Source: Felis catus (Eukaryota). From it: DNA of 64,000 nt. The notes below the pieces were generated by a model that searched no databases, was not told where the DNA came from, and saw only the letters and a program-made list of their open reading frames with translations. Below, piece by piece: positions 36,341 through 47,542 of the stretch; within the stretch, counting starts at the first letter, position 1; each line of letters starts with the position of its first letter. The position numbers and the translations under genes were made by a program. The stretch is taken from NCBI RefSeq assembly GCF_018350175.1, contig NC_058368.1, positions 201,626,001 to 201,690,000 of the forward strand, written 5' to 3'.

Positions 36341-38661
36341 AATCATGATCACCACCATTTTTGGATATCTTTTCCACCTTAAATCACTTTGTTTTCTCTC
36401 ACCTGACCTTGGCCAGGGCCCCAGAGCTTCTTTTGAGTGCCTGGTGTTCCAGCAACATGGTTTGGGGGTACCCAAGGCTGACAGATGACCAACCTTTATA
36501 TGAAATCCCAATTAGAATATGGTGCGTGAGGACGATCTGGAGAATTGATGAACACGTTTTAAACATGGCTGGTAAACTTTTATCTCTACCAAAGAGACCT
36601 TTTTGTTATAGGCCTGTAAATCACATGGTGCCCTGAACCAAAAATAGAGTATGCTACAAAGCTTTGCTGAAGGTAACAGTGAAATCAAATTCAATTTTTA
36701 AAATTTATTGCACAGTGACCAATAAATCAATTCAAACTATGTTAAGGGTTTTCTAAGAATATACCAAATAAGTTAATTTTAATTGAAATCAAAGTTATAC
36801 ATTTTCTCAAACCATGGAGAGACACAGAACTAGACATATTAAAATGTTACCACAGTACTGAGCTTGAACTTGAGTTTACTTGGTTCAAATGGTTCAAGTC
36901 CCTGAGCCTAACCTTCCTCCCTATGTTACAGGTAAAACAATGCCCAAGGTTTGTTGGACATCTCAGTGGAGCTCTGATTGGATGATATCTTGATAGAAGA
37001 AAATTAATATAATTCTCCAAGGTGCATGGAATAAATCTCTAATAATTATAACACATTAAGTTCTAGTTACAGCCATACTGGACTTCCAAGCAGCACAATT
37101 AGTAGAGGGCATTTTCACCTCCCAAATGTGAAGAAAACTACCTAGATCGAAGAAAAGTCTAGTTACTGTCAACTACATAAATGAAAGTACTTATATACCA
37201 CAGCATGTATACAATTAGCTAATAAATTTCAACTCAATAATTATCTGAAATTAGGAAAGCAGAAAAGAAAGAAAGGAATGTGCCGCATACCAACTCCACA
37301 TTTTCCCCTAAAAGCATTGCTTTCCAGTGGTGACAGTCACAACATGTTTGGGAAAATGTTATTGGACCTTGTGGAGTTAACGATATAGTGTGGCTTTCAG
37401 CTAGAAGGAGAGCTTTAAAGCAGAGTCATAAGAATATTGTGGTAATTGTACTCAACACCAGGGAAAAGAAGTAAAACAGCGAGATGTTGAAAATAATACA
37501 TTTTAATGGAAAGAAACATAAAACAAACTTCACAATGGTGCCCTTTTAATGTGCTCACGATAGCTGTTAATTTTGAAAAGGTAAGTGGACTGTTTATAGC
37601 ATATTCAGAAGTAGAAGGTAAATGTTAAGAAGGGCTATTTTGGGATAATAGAAAGTACAGTACTAAATCTTAAAGTAGTAGCTGCTTAAAGTCTTGCCAT
37701 TTTCCAAATTTAGTCTATGGCCTAAAAAATGGTAACAGCTCAAAGCCTTAGGCAGATCGAAGAATCAGTCATACATTTGGACTTTTTAATCAGGATAGTG
37801 GATTCTGACCAAGTTAAAGATAGCAAACACTAGAAACAAAGAATTATTAAAATGTTAAATGAATGGATTCACAAAAGCCATAGAAGGTGAGAGCAGTGAA
37901 GACCTTGACAGGTGATAGAGGACAGCTCCCTTTTCATACAAATAGAAAAAACAAGGCTTGGGAAATTATGTGCCTGGCTTAAAAGTACATATCAGAAAAC
38001 CTTCACAATCATGACTTTCTATAAATGAATTAAGTGCCTGAAACATGGAGACCATCAATAAATATTTGCTGAATGAATATATAATTAAGTGCTTTAGCCT
38101 TTTCAAAACTTATTTAGTAAACATTTAGTTATAATGTATAGTATGTGATAACTATATAGTAACTATATAGTATGTGATTAATGGCAGTCTGCATATTAAT
38201 TAAAAATTTTAAAATACATAATACCATTTCATTATTAATTTCGTAACATGATTTTGTAACCTGTGTGGCCAAGGTCAGGAGCCTAGGCTGAGAGCAACCA
38301 CGTATTATCTGTATGATCACCAAAAGAAATATGCCCTGAGGATAAGATGTTCTTTGAACCCAAACCCCAATGCAGTCTCATCTCCTTGTGCAGTGTGCTG
38401 GACCACGTCCAAGTCCTTGCCCTCTTTTCTCAGTCCTCATCTTGGTCTCCATCAGGGAAATGTAAGAAGCCAAGAGCAGGATTCACAAAGCGAGGACTTC
38501 AAGGAGAGCATGTCAGACGGACAAGGAAAATAAGGAGAAACAAGTGGAAAGGTTTTGGAGCACGTAGCACTGATACCCATATGAATAAATTGATGAATCT
38601 GTTTTTTCTAAAAATGGGTGGAGCCAGAAAAGTACTGATATTAAATGTTAAAGTTCTTTTG

Positions 38662-38676
38662 TTTCCTTTTATTTTT

Positions 38677-38716
<40 letters not shown>

Positions 38717-38921
38717 TTAAATATTTATTTATTTTTGGAGGGAGACAGAGAGACAGAGTGAAAACAAGGGAGGGGCAGAGAGAGAGGCAGACATAGAATC
38801 TGAAGCAGGCTCCAGGCTCTGAGCTGTCAGCACAGAGCCTGGCACGGGGCTCGAACCCACGAAGCATGAGCTCATGACCTGGACCAAAGTCAGACAACCG
38901 ACTGAGCCACCCAGGAACTTC
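38662..38921 (-). mobile_element. CanSINE with a (CTTT)n tail, nested in the tail of the next SINE
   Basis: Full antisense body 38716-38921, with a (CTTT)n run at about 38677-38716. Confidence 0.92.
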
Positions 38922-38931
38922 CCTTTTTCTT

Positions 38932-38970
<39 letters not shown>

Positions 38971-39111
38971 AGGAGAAGAGGGAGAGGGAGAGAGAGAATC
39001 ATAAGCAGGCTCCATACCATGGGGCTCAACCTCACAAACCATGAGATCATGACCTGAGCCAAAGTCCAGACAGAGTCAGACACTTTAACCAACTGAGTGG
39101 TCAGGCACCCC
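38922..39111 (-). mobile_element. Older, internally deleted CanSINE with a T36 run
   Basis: T run 38934-38969, body to GGCACCCC. Outer TSD core TTAAAGTTCTT at 38648-38658 and 39118-39128. Confidence 0.9.
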
Positions 39112-39160
39112 TATGTCTTAAAGTTCTTAACACACTGTTGATATGGCCTAGAAAACATTG

Positions 39161-39575
39161 TGTGTTCATTTGCTAGGGCTGCTGGAGGAAAGTATTTTAA
39201 GCTGGGGGACCCACACAACAGAAATGTATTATCTCGCAATTTGGAGGCTAGAAGTCTGAACTCAAAGTGCTAGTTCCTTCTGAGGGCATGAGGGAAAGAT
39301 CTGTTCCAGGCTTCTCTCTTTGGCTTACAGAAGAACATCGTCTCGTGTCTCTACACATTGTCTTCTCTCTACATGTGTTTATCTCTGTGACCAAGTTTGT
39401 CCTTTTTATAAAGACACCAGTCATATTGCATTAGGGCTCACACTAATGACTTCATTTTAACTTGATTACATCTGCAAAGACACTATCTACAAATAAGGCC
39501 ATGTTCCGAGGTATTTAGGGTTTAGACTACAATATGTCATGGAATGTGGGGGGAGGCTTAATTCAACCCATAACA
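39161..39575 (-). mobile_element. MaLR solo LTR (MLT1B-like)
   Basis: TTTGCTAGGGCTGC...GGAGGCTAGAAGTC...CTGCAAAGAC...AATTCAACCCATAACA. 5-bp TSD CATTG/CATGG. Confidence 0.88.
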
Positions 39576-40049
39576 CATGGATTACATAAAAAGTAAGATT
39601 TCATTTTGACTTTTTTCACTTGAAAAGTACAAATGAAATAAGATAACATCTTTACTTTTGGAACTAGATATTACACCGCATTAATGGTTTGGAGAGGGAA
39701 GTTTTGCTCTTGAAAACTTGATCATCTCTAACTTGCCATTGACTTTGTGTCTGTACACAAGGAAGTGGTTATATGTGGTCCATGAAAAATCAATCTTCAA
39801 GTAGACAATTCGAGAGTCTTGTTTTTGTTTTCTGCTTATTTCACAAGATCTTGGATTTATGGCTAGGAAGCATCTTTCTTCTATTAACACTTTTGTTATG
39901 TATCAATGGCAAAGCCCTTTTTGTTTTTGGTCATGGTGAGAATCTCACTGAGGAAAAAAAAATTGTTTCCAACATTTTGCAGAGTGACTAGAAATCGAAG
40001 AAAGTAATAGCATATTTATTTGCTAAAATATGTGTAAAGAATTATAAAC

Positions 40050-40290
40050 AGGGTAGCACAGAAAATGGCTTTGGAGTCTGATGGATCCAAGTTAAAAACT
40101 TTCCTTTGCTAACCGTATGACCTTGAACAATTAGCCAAGCTGACTATGCCTCGGTTTATGCCTCAAATTCATTTGTGATAGTAATAACTAACCTCATTTG
40201 CATTCTGTAAGAATTAAATTAAAAAATGTTCATAAAATGTTCATAATAAACACCTGGCTCATAATAAGCCCTCTGTATGTGACGGCTCTT
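40050..40290 (+). mobile_element. MIR
   Basis: GGCTTTGGAGTC...TGACCTTGAACAA...GTAAGAATTAAAT...CCTGGCTCATAATAAGCCCTC. Confidence 0.7.
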
Positions 40291-42009
40291 GTTGTTGAAT
40301 CAAGAATGAAAACTGGAAAATGAAATTACTATGTCAGTATGACCCCAATATTATGATATTAATAAAGAAGAGTAAGATTCAAAACTTGTGATAATACTCA
40401 AAAGGAAAACAACAATTTGGAGCTAAAATCCCTTTTATTTCACATTTCCTTCTTATTACAATAATTTGCTCAAGCAACACATAAATCATTTTTACCTAGA
40501 TTATCAATTTCAAACCAATCATTTGTATTACTTTTTAGATAAAACTTCTTAACCTGTATTCCCTCATTTTTATTGGTAATTTTCCATCACAAGACAGTAA
40601 TTATAAAATCATATATTGCTAGAAAGTGGTCTTAGAGATAAATTTGTCCAATAGACAAAATTATCTTAGAGATAATTTTTCATTTTATTGTTAAGAAAAT
40701 TGACATCCAGAAAGTGTGAATGGTTTTCTTAATGTTATATATTTAGGTCATAATCAAGGCTTTTTAATTCCCACGCCAATAGTTATTGATGGGCATAACT
40801 CTTCAAAATAATACTAACATGTATTTTATTGTGCCATATGGTGTTGAACTTCCAAACATCCTTACCTAATTTTCTAACTGAGGAAGAAAATGTCATTAAA
40901 CTTGCTAGTTGGAAATTAATTACAGCACTAACACCTGATATTATTTGAAGTATCCCCATATGGCAAAAGCTTATAAACATCTACCTCTGAAGCATACAAA
41001 CAGGTATAAATTATCCTATCCAACTGAAATTTAGAATGAAACTTTACTAACCTTAATTTATTGAAAAAGTAAAGACACTTCTAAACTGACAGTGTAACAA
41101 AATGAAATTAAGCTGATCCTGCAGCCTGTGGCTAAATTCATCTGATTGATCAACATGACAAACTCACTAAAAGATAAAGTTAAAAAAAAAAAAAAAGGAT
41201 GGTTTTTAAGATAATCAGATCTGTCTACATTAACTCTTGGAGACAGCCAAGCCCATAATGCTTTGCGTTATTTGTTTGTTTTTTCACTGATCAAAAGATT
41301 AGAAAGAAACTGATGTAATTTCTATTGACAAAATTTCTAATCACTCCAACATCTCTGTTTTCCCCAGCGTTTTGAGGATAATAGCTAGAAAAACTCCTGA
41401 AGTGATGAAAAATTAAGTAGTGGTGCCAATGTTGTGACGGGTGTGTCTTCTTTGGGGAGAAGGGTTAGGAAAGAATATCCTGGTCTTAGGAAGAATATCA
41501 TGGTCTTAGGATGGATAAATTGTTGACATTCCAGAACCTTTCCCAGTGTTAGAGGAATTACAGAAGGAAGATATTAACAGACAGAGAAGTCAGTGGACAC
41601 TAATAACAGGAACAGGAGAGAATGAGAGAAAAGACCTCACTGGAGAGATAGTGTAAGTAGGTCCCAAAGGCTCACTGGGATCATGTCACAGCATTAACTA
41701 TGGACTTATGACTATGGAATAAGTCATATTCCCCTATGACCCTATTCCCCTATGACCTGTTAGGGGAAACAAACAAACAAAAACTCCATGCTGAATTGAA
41801 GAAAACAACCTGGATTTGTAAAACTAGAACTTGAGTTGGGATATAGTATCACCAATTTATTGCGTGTGTGTGTGTGTTTGGAATTTGCCATTTGTCACGT
41901 TTTGTCTATAGATGTGTTTATAGTGAATCCACAGACTTAGCTTAGTTTGCCATCAATAGAAGCAGAAACTAGTTCTGGCTGTATGCATTTTACCTTTAGA
42001 AATATATAG

Positions 42010-43640
42010 TCAGACACATGTTGGTCTCTAAATTTAAGATCTTCCTAGATAACTTCCTTATTAATTTGGTCCAGTTGCCCTGAAGGCTTGGTGGAGCTGT
42101 CATTCTGAAACATGATTCCATGTTTCTTGGATCTGTTTTTCTCTCATTTTGGTTTATTTTCTTATTTTATTAAAGAAAATTTCTAATAGCTACTCATGAG
42201 AAAAGACAATGGGATGTTACTTTATCAGACCATTTATGTATTAAAATTTATTTCTGTAACTTTATACTTGCCTGCCAACTTGGCTGATTATAGAAGGTTA
42301 GGTTAGAATTCATTTCCTTTCAAAATTTGGTATCTTTTGCCCCACTATATTCTAGCTTCTAGAGTTGCTGCTGCTAAGTCTATTGTCATTTTGATTCTTT
42401 ATCCTTTCTGTGGGACAGAAAGATTCTATCCTTTCTATTTTTGTTCTCTTTGGAAGCTTTAAAAAAAATTTTTTTTATCCCCATTATCTGAAACGGCATC
42501 ATAACATGAGCTGGTGTGAGTCTTTCTCACTTAAGATATTGGGCTGTCAGAGAGTTCATTTGGGCTGGAAACTCATGCCTTCCAAATAAGAAATGTCTAT
42601 TATTTTTTTATTATTATCACCATTAAGTTTCCTTTATTCTCTTTTATTTGGGAACTCCTATTATTTGGATGTTGGCTATTTGATCCATCATGTAGTGATC
42701 CAGTTTTCACTTATTTGGACTCTCCTACTTTCAAGCTGGTTTAGGTTTTAGTTTTTGAAAAATGACTTCAACATTATATTCCAAAACTGTATGAAATTCG
42801 CTTATAAAAGGTATCATACCTTTTATCTTTCAGAAGTTTTGTATTGTTGTTTCCTTATATTTTTAAAGAGCCTTCTATTATTCCACAGATATAATACCTT
42901 CTTTTGTCTCCTAGGAAACTGATCATAATTCTGACGTTCCCTTACATTCCCAGCATTACCTCTGTTTCCTTCAAATTCCTTTTCCTCTCTATAGTTATTT
43001 TCATCTCTGTCTTTCAAGAAGGGGCTTTCCTAAAATTAATAAAACCCTAATTCAAAACCCTTTGTGCTTGAGCAGGACTTTGCAACTGGTAAGCTTCACC
43101 ATGGAGGAAATGGGTAGAGATCTGGCCATTTTATCAGGGGATTTTTCCAAAAACAAGTATCAATAGATTTTCCCCCCCTTTGAGGTTGTTTGGCTTCTCC
43201 AAAGAAGAAACTTACAATCTGCTGGCTGGGATATGTGCCTGGTTTACAGTATTCTTGAAACTGACGAATACAAGGTTGCTGGAGCTTCATCTCAGTTTGT
43301 AGAATTTCAATTCAATTCGTTCTCCTCTTTTCCATGTGGTGCCTCTTTCTTTCCTTCAATGTGTCAGGTGTCCCCTCTAGTTCTGAGCCCCTTTAGTTCA
43401 ATATTTCTGCAGAATCCCCAGTATCCTGCTGGGGCAGGGAAAGAATCACCTGGCTACACAGCATGGGACCTGCACTGAGCTCCAGGCAAACATCCAAACA
43501 ATGTCTCCGTATTCGGCCTCGTGCCTCACCCTGACCTCAGCAATAAATGCAGCGATATTTATTTGCATCTTCCTGAGTCTGTGATCGGAACTGGCTTGCT
43601 TCTCTCTGTTATCTCCCTGCACCGTATGTTTTCCTTCACT
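42010..43640 (-). mobile_element. HAL1 (half-L1) or L1M ORF1-region relic
   Basis: TTGGCTG.TTATAGAA...TTCTAGCTTCTAGAGTTGCTG...GTCATTTTGATTC...GGAAACTCATGCCTTC...GGAACTCCTATTA matches my recollection of antisense HAL1. Boundaries approximate. Confidence 0.65.
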
Positions 43641-44530
43641 GCTTGTGTGGCTTTAACACATCTCATAAGACTTCATACAGAATGTGGGCCTTTAACAAGA
43701 GGGAAACCTAAGCTCAAATTTTTAAATAACGGAACAAAGGAAAGAGAGCTACGCATGGAGGGAAATATCATGAATAGAGTCATGCAGCTGAAATAAACAT
43801 GGATTGTATGGATGGATTGGGAGCGTGGGGGGCAGAGGCAACGGAAAACCAAAATGAGACAAGAAGAATCCTTTTGAGGAACAGCAGGAAACCAGTTAAT
43901 GGGGTCTTGAAGGCTGAGCCACAGAATCAGAAATAGTTACCAAAGGCAGGGAGGGGGAGCCATTCACAACTGATTTGCGGTAAAGATTTCATGAGATTGG
44001 CTAGGGAGGAAGGGGCATCCTGCAGGGCTTTTCCACAAGCCAGATAGCTGGGGGGTAGTGAGAGCCACTGCAGGACTGGAAAATCTCGAGCCAGCTAGAT
44101 ATGAAAGGTAAAAGGATGATATCGGGAGAAGTTTCAGGAATCTCAGCTTCTATGGGCTACGTGCTAGGCATCACACTGTTATTGGAAGGTCCCTTTAAAA
44201 GGAAGAGTAATATTAAAGCCACTAAGGTTTGTCTTTATGATTCTGAGAGGTCTGCATGAAAAGTAGTGTTATTCAGTTGTCCAAATATTTCCGTGGAAGG
44301 ATGGATACACAATCACACACTTGCAATAATAGCAGATTTACAAATATGTATGTTAAATGCCACCAGAAGAGAGAATACCTCACAGCTTTAGAAGAGAAAA
44401 CTTTATGACCTAAAGATCACCCCTCCACATGCAGAAAGGGTTCCCAAATATATCCCTGGACCTGGCATAGAGGCTTTGCTGAAAAAATTTCATTAGAAAA
44501 GTAGGTTTGGGATAAACAAAGTTAATTCTT

Positions 44531-44757
44531 CTTTTTTTTTTTTTTAAGTTTTCCTATTTATTTTGAGAGAGACCGAGAGAAAGAGAGAGTGCACACAAGC
44601 AGGGGAGAGGCAGAGAGAGAGGGAGAGAGAATCTAAGCAGGCTCCACACTGCCAGCACAGAGCCCGATGTGGGGCTCAGTCTCACGAGCCATGCGATCCT
44701 GACCTGAGCCGAAGTCAAGAATCGGATGCATAACCGACTGAACCACCCAGGCGCCCC
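44531..44757 (-). mobile_element. CanSINE
   Basis: Full antisense body. TSD AACAAAGT(T/C)AATTCTT at 44515-44530 and 44758-44773. Confidence 0.97.
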
Positions 44758-45087
44758 AACAAAGTCAATTCTTAACATGCTATCACGGATAAGAGGATTG
44801 ATCGCTAGTACAGTTTTAGACACATGGTTACTATTCAATGATGCCTATTTGATTATGGCTAAAATTAAATTGATAAATATAAATGTAATATATATCAATA
44901 TAATCATTATAACCTGTACTTGTTGTTTTACAGCAACTACACAGATTTGAGGTTAGGCAGATTCAAGTACAAAAAAATATGAATCGCTATAGGAAGATTT
45001 TTTTTCTTGGGTTTTGTGCGTTTAGAGATATTCAGCCAAAAGTCCTAGTTCAGGTATAAACCTGTGCTTCTTAAAATACATTTTTTT

Positions 45088-45309
45088 GGGGGGCGCCTGG
45101 GTGGCGCAGTCGGTTAAGCGTCCGACTTCAGCCAGGTCACGATCTCACGGTCCGTGAGTTAGAGCCCCGCGTCGGGCTCTGGGCTGATGGCTCAGAGCCT
45201 GGAGCCTGTTTCCGATTCTGTGTCTCCTTCTCTCTCTGCCCCTCCCCCGTTCATGCTCTGTCTCTCTCTGTCCCAAAAATAAATAAACGTTGAAAAAAAA
45301 ATTTAAAAA
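45088..45309 (+). mobile_element. Young CanSINE (GGCGCAG / TTCAGCCAGGT subtype)
   Basis: CpG-rich, B-box mutated to GTTAGAGCC. TSD AAAATACATTTTTTT at 45073-45087 and 45310-45324. Confidence 0.97.
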
Positions 45310-45359
45310 AAAATACATTTTTTTTTTTTGCTCTGGCCAAACCAGTGCTTTTTCCCTGA

Positions 45360-45930
45360 AATTATACCGGTAATTTAGACAGCCATGGTGGCATAACTAA
45401 GTTAGCATTCGGCGGGAACATTCAGACCAGCAGCTCCATCCCCGGGGCATATAACCATCAGTTATTTCTGGACCCGACTGCAGGTGCCCAGTTTCCTCTC
45501 CCCTGAAAGGCAACTGTCACAGCAACTCAGTGTCTCTTGACACCACAGCAGGACACTGATGAGTCTGATTCTGGAAAAGAAAATGCCACGCACAGAATAA
45601 TCAGTTCTATTTTTTCCAGCGGTGGGCAAAAAGGGTATCTGTTACTGGTCCAGCTTCCTGTGAAGAAAGCCACTTCACAATTTTCTCTTCCTACTTCCCT
45701 GAGGCCACACTACCCTCCCCATCCCGAGGGAGCCAGAGAGAGTTCTAGGTAAGCTGCAGCAGCAGTCTGTTGCTCCCGAGGGAGTCTTTACTTACCTCAG
45801 ATGCAGAGTCAGATGATATTTTGTAGATGGAAAGGACCCGGGCTCAGCTACGGTGAAGGCCGGTTCTGGGCAGACCCATTAAGTAGATGAAGTCAGCTAT
45901 CAACAGCATCCCAACTTCCTCTCCCACAAA
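45360..45930. promoter_or_regulatory. Candidate enhancer (EBF/ETS/E-box motif cluster)
   Basis: Two TCCCGAGGGAG (45722-45732, 45774-45784), CAGGTG 45481-45486, CTTCCTGT 45654-45661, ACTTCCTC 45914-45921. Locally more CpG. Motif inference only. Confidence 0.35.
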
Positions 45931-45942
45931 CCCTCCTTGGTT

Positions 45943-46151
45943 GGGGTGCCTCGGTGGCTCAGTCAGTTAAGAGTCCAACTCTCTTGATTGTGGCCGTTCA
46001 CAATCTGTTCACAATCTCACAGTTCGTGCGATCAAGCCCTGCATTGGGCTCTGTACTGACCGCACGGAGCCTGCTTGAGGTTCTCTCTCTGCCTCTCCCC
46101 CACTCACTCTCTCTCGCTCTCTTTCTCTCTCGAAATAAATAAATAAACGTT
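45943..46151 (+). mobile_element. CanSINE, copy 1 of a local duplication
   Basis: GGGGTGCC start, CT tract, AAAT tail. Internal 11-bp tandem GTTCACAATCT at 45996-46017. Confidence 0.92.
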
Positions 46152-46254
46152 AAAACAAAAATCGTCCTTTGTTAAAGGATGAATCTAGTTCACTTTTTAC
46201 ATTACCCCAAACACATTCTTTCTGGGATTTATCTTTTAAAAAAAATAAATATGA

Positions 46255-46440
46255 GGGGCGCCTGGGTGGCTCAGTCTGTTGAGTGACCAACTCTTGATTC
46301 AGGCTCAGGTCATGATCTCACGGGTCGTGAGATCCGAGCCCCGCATTGGGCTCTGTACTGACAGCCCGGACCCTGCTTGAGATTCTCTCTCTCCCTCTCT
46401 CTTTGCTCCTCCCCGCCCCCAAAATAAATAAATAAACTTT
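46255..46440 (+). mobile_element. CanSINE, copy 2 of a local duplication
   Basis: GGGGCGCC start, AAAT tail, followed by the same ~90-bp flank as copy 1. Confidence 0.92.
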
Positions 46441-46544
46441 AAAACAAAATCCTCCTTCGTTAAAAGATGGATCTAGTTCCCTTTTTACATCACCCCAAAA
46501 ACATTCTCTCTGGTATTTATCTGTTTTAAAAGCCAGTATAGTCA

Positions 46545-47102
46545 TTTCACATTCGAAAGCATGTCATGGATGTCACCTCACTCTTCAGGTTAAAATTCAA
46601 AATTATTATCATGGCCTAAAAGACCCACACGGCCCAGCCGCTGACCCCCTGGCAGCCTCATCCTTGTTCCTCCCCACTTCGGTCAGTCCGTTCTGGTAGG
46701 AGAGCTTCTCTCCGTTCCTCCAATCCCTGTGCTCCTTCCCAGCTCACGGGAGCGGCTCCCTCACTGGCAAATTCCACTTTCCACCTGGCAAATTTTTACT
46801 CACTCCTAGATCTCAGTCTGTGCCGCTTCTCAGGAAGGATGTATTTTACCGCCAAGTTCAGTTAGATTCTGCCAGCATGCCCTCTGATACTCTCTGTATT
46901 TTTCCTCCATGGCACTTGGCAAAATGGTTGTGGCACAGTCATTTGGTAGATGGTTATTGTTTACTGTTCCTGCCTCCCACCTAATGTAAGCCCCATGAGA
47001 ACAGGGACAGAATCTTCTTTGTTACCACTGTACCTCCAAAGCTCAGCAGGGTGCCTCACCCATAATTGTGTAGTAAAAGCTCATTAAGTATTTGGTGAAT
47101 GT
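46545..47102 (+). mobile_element. L2 3' portion
   Basis: CCACCTGGCAAATT.TTACTCA...TGTAAGCCCCATGAGAACAGGGAC...AAGTATTTGGTGAATG. Confidence 0.75.
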
Positions 47103-47542
47103 AGAATGCCACCAAATCCTTACATTCCCCACCAGGCCCTGAAACGGTAGAAATATTGCTAATTTCCAAACACTCTCCCCAACCTGAGCCCTGAGCTCCC
47201 TAGACTCCATTTCTAATGGCTGTGTTGACATGCCCTGTCATGACAGGAAAGGGGAAACCTAGGCCAGTCATCATTTAATGGCATTTATGCTCTCCTTCCA
47301 GCTTGTAGAATATCTATGAGAAATTAAAGCAGTGTTACTTTGTGATCATTTATTAAAAAGTTGACCTGGTGCTTTTTGTGTTGTTTTAACGTTTTTTGGG
47401 TTTTTTTTTGCAAAAATTCCAGATGTGAGCATATCCACATTTTTGGTAAGATTTTGGGCAGTGTAATCATGAAGTGCATCAGGGCATCAGGTCAGTTCAA
47501 CCAACTCTGATTTCAACCAGAAAGACAGGAATTCATCCCAAA

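Noticed and set aside
38499..39092. Longest ORF in the track (197 aa, minus strand) and the overlapping 149-aa ORF
   Set aside because: They read through two SINEs, a T36 run (poly-Lys) and (CTTT)n (KERK repeats); a repeat artefact.
45088..45230. CpG-dense patches suggesting CpG islands (also 2489, 12403, 27663)
   Set aside because: Confined to young SINE bodies of ~200 bp; not promoter islands.
46638..46660. CTCF-like CCAGGGGG motif (also near 59141-59155 and 13430-13445)
   Set aside because: Only partial matches to the CTCF core, two of them inside old repeats; not distinguishable from chance by eye.
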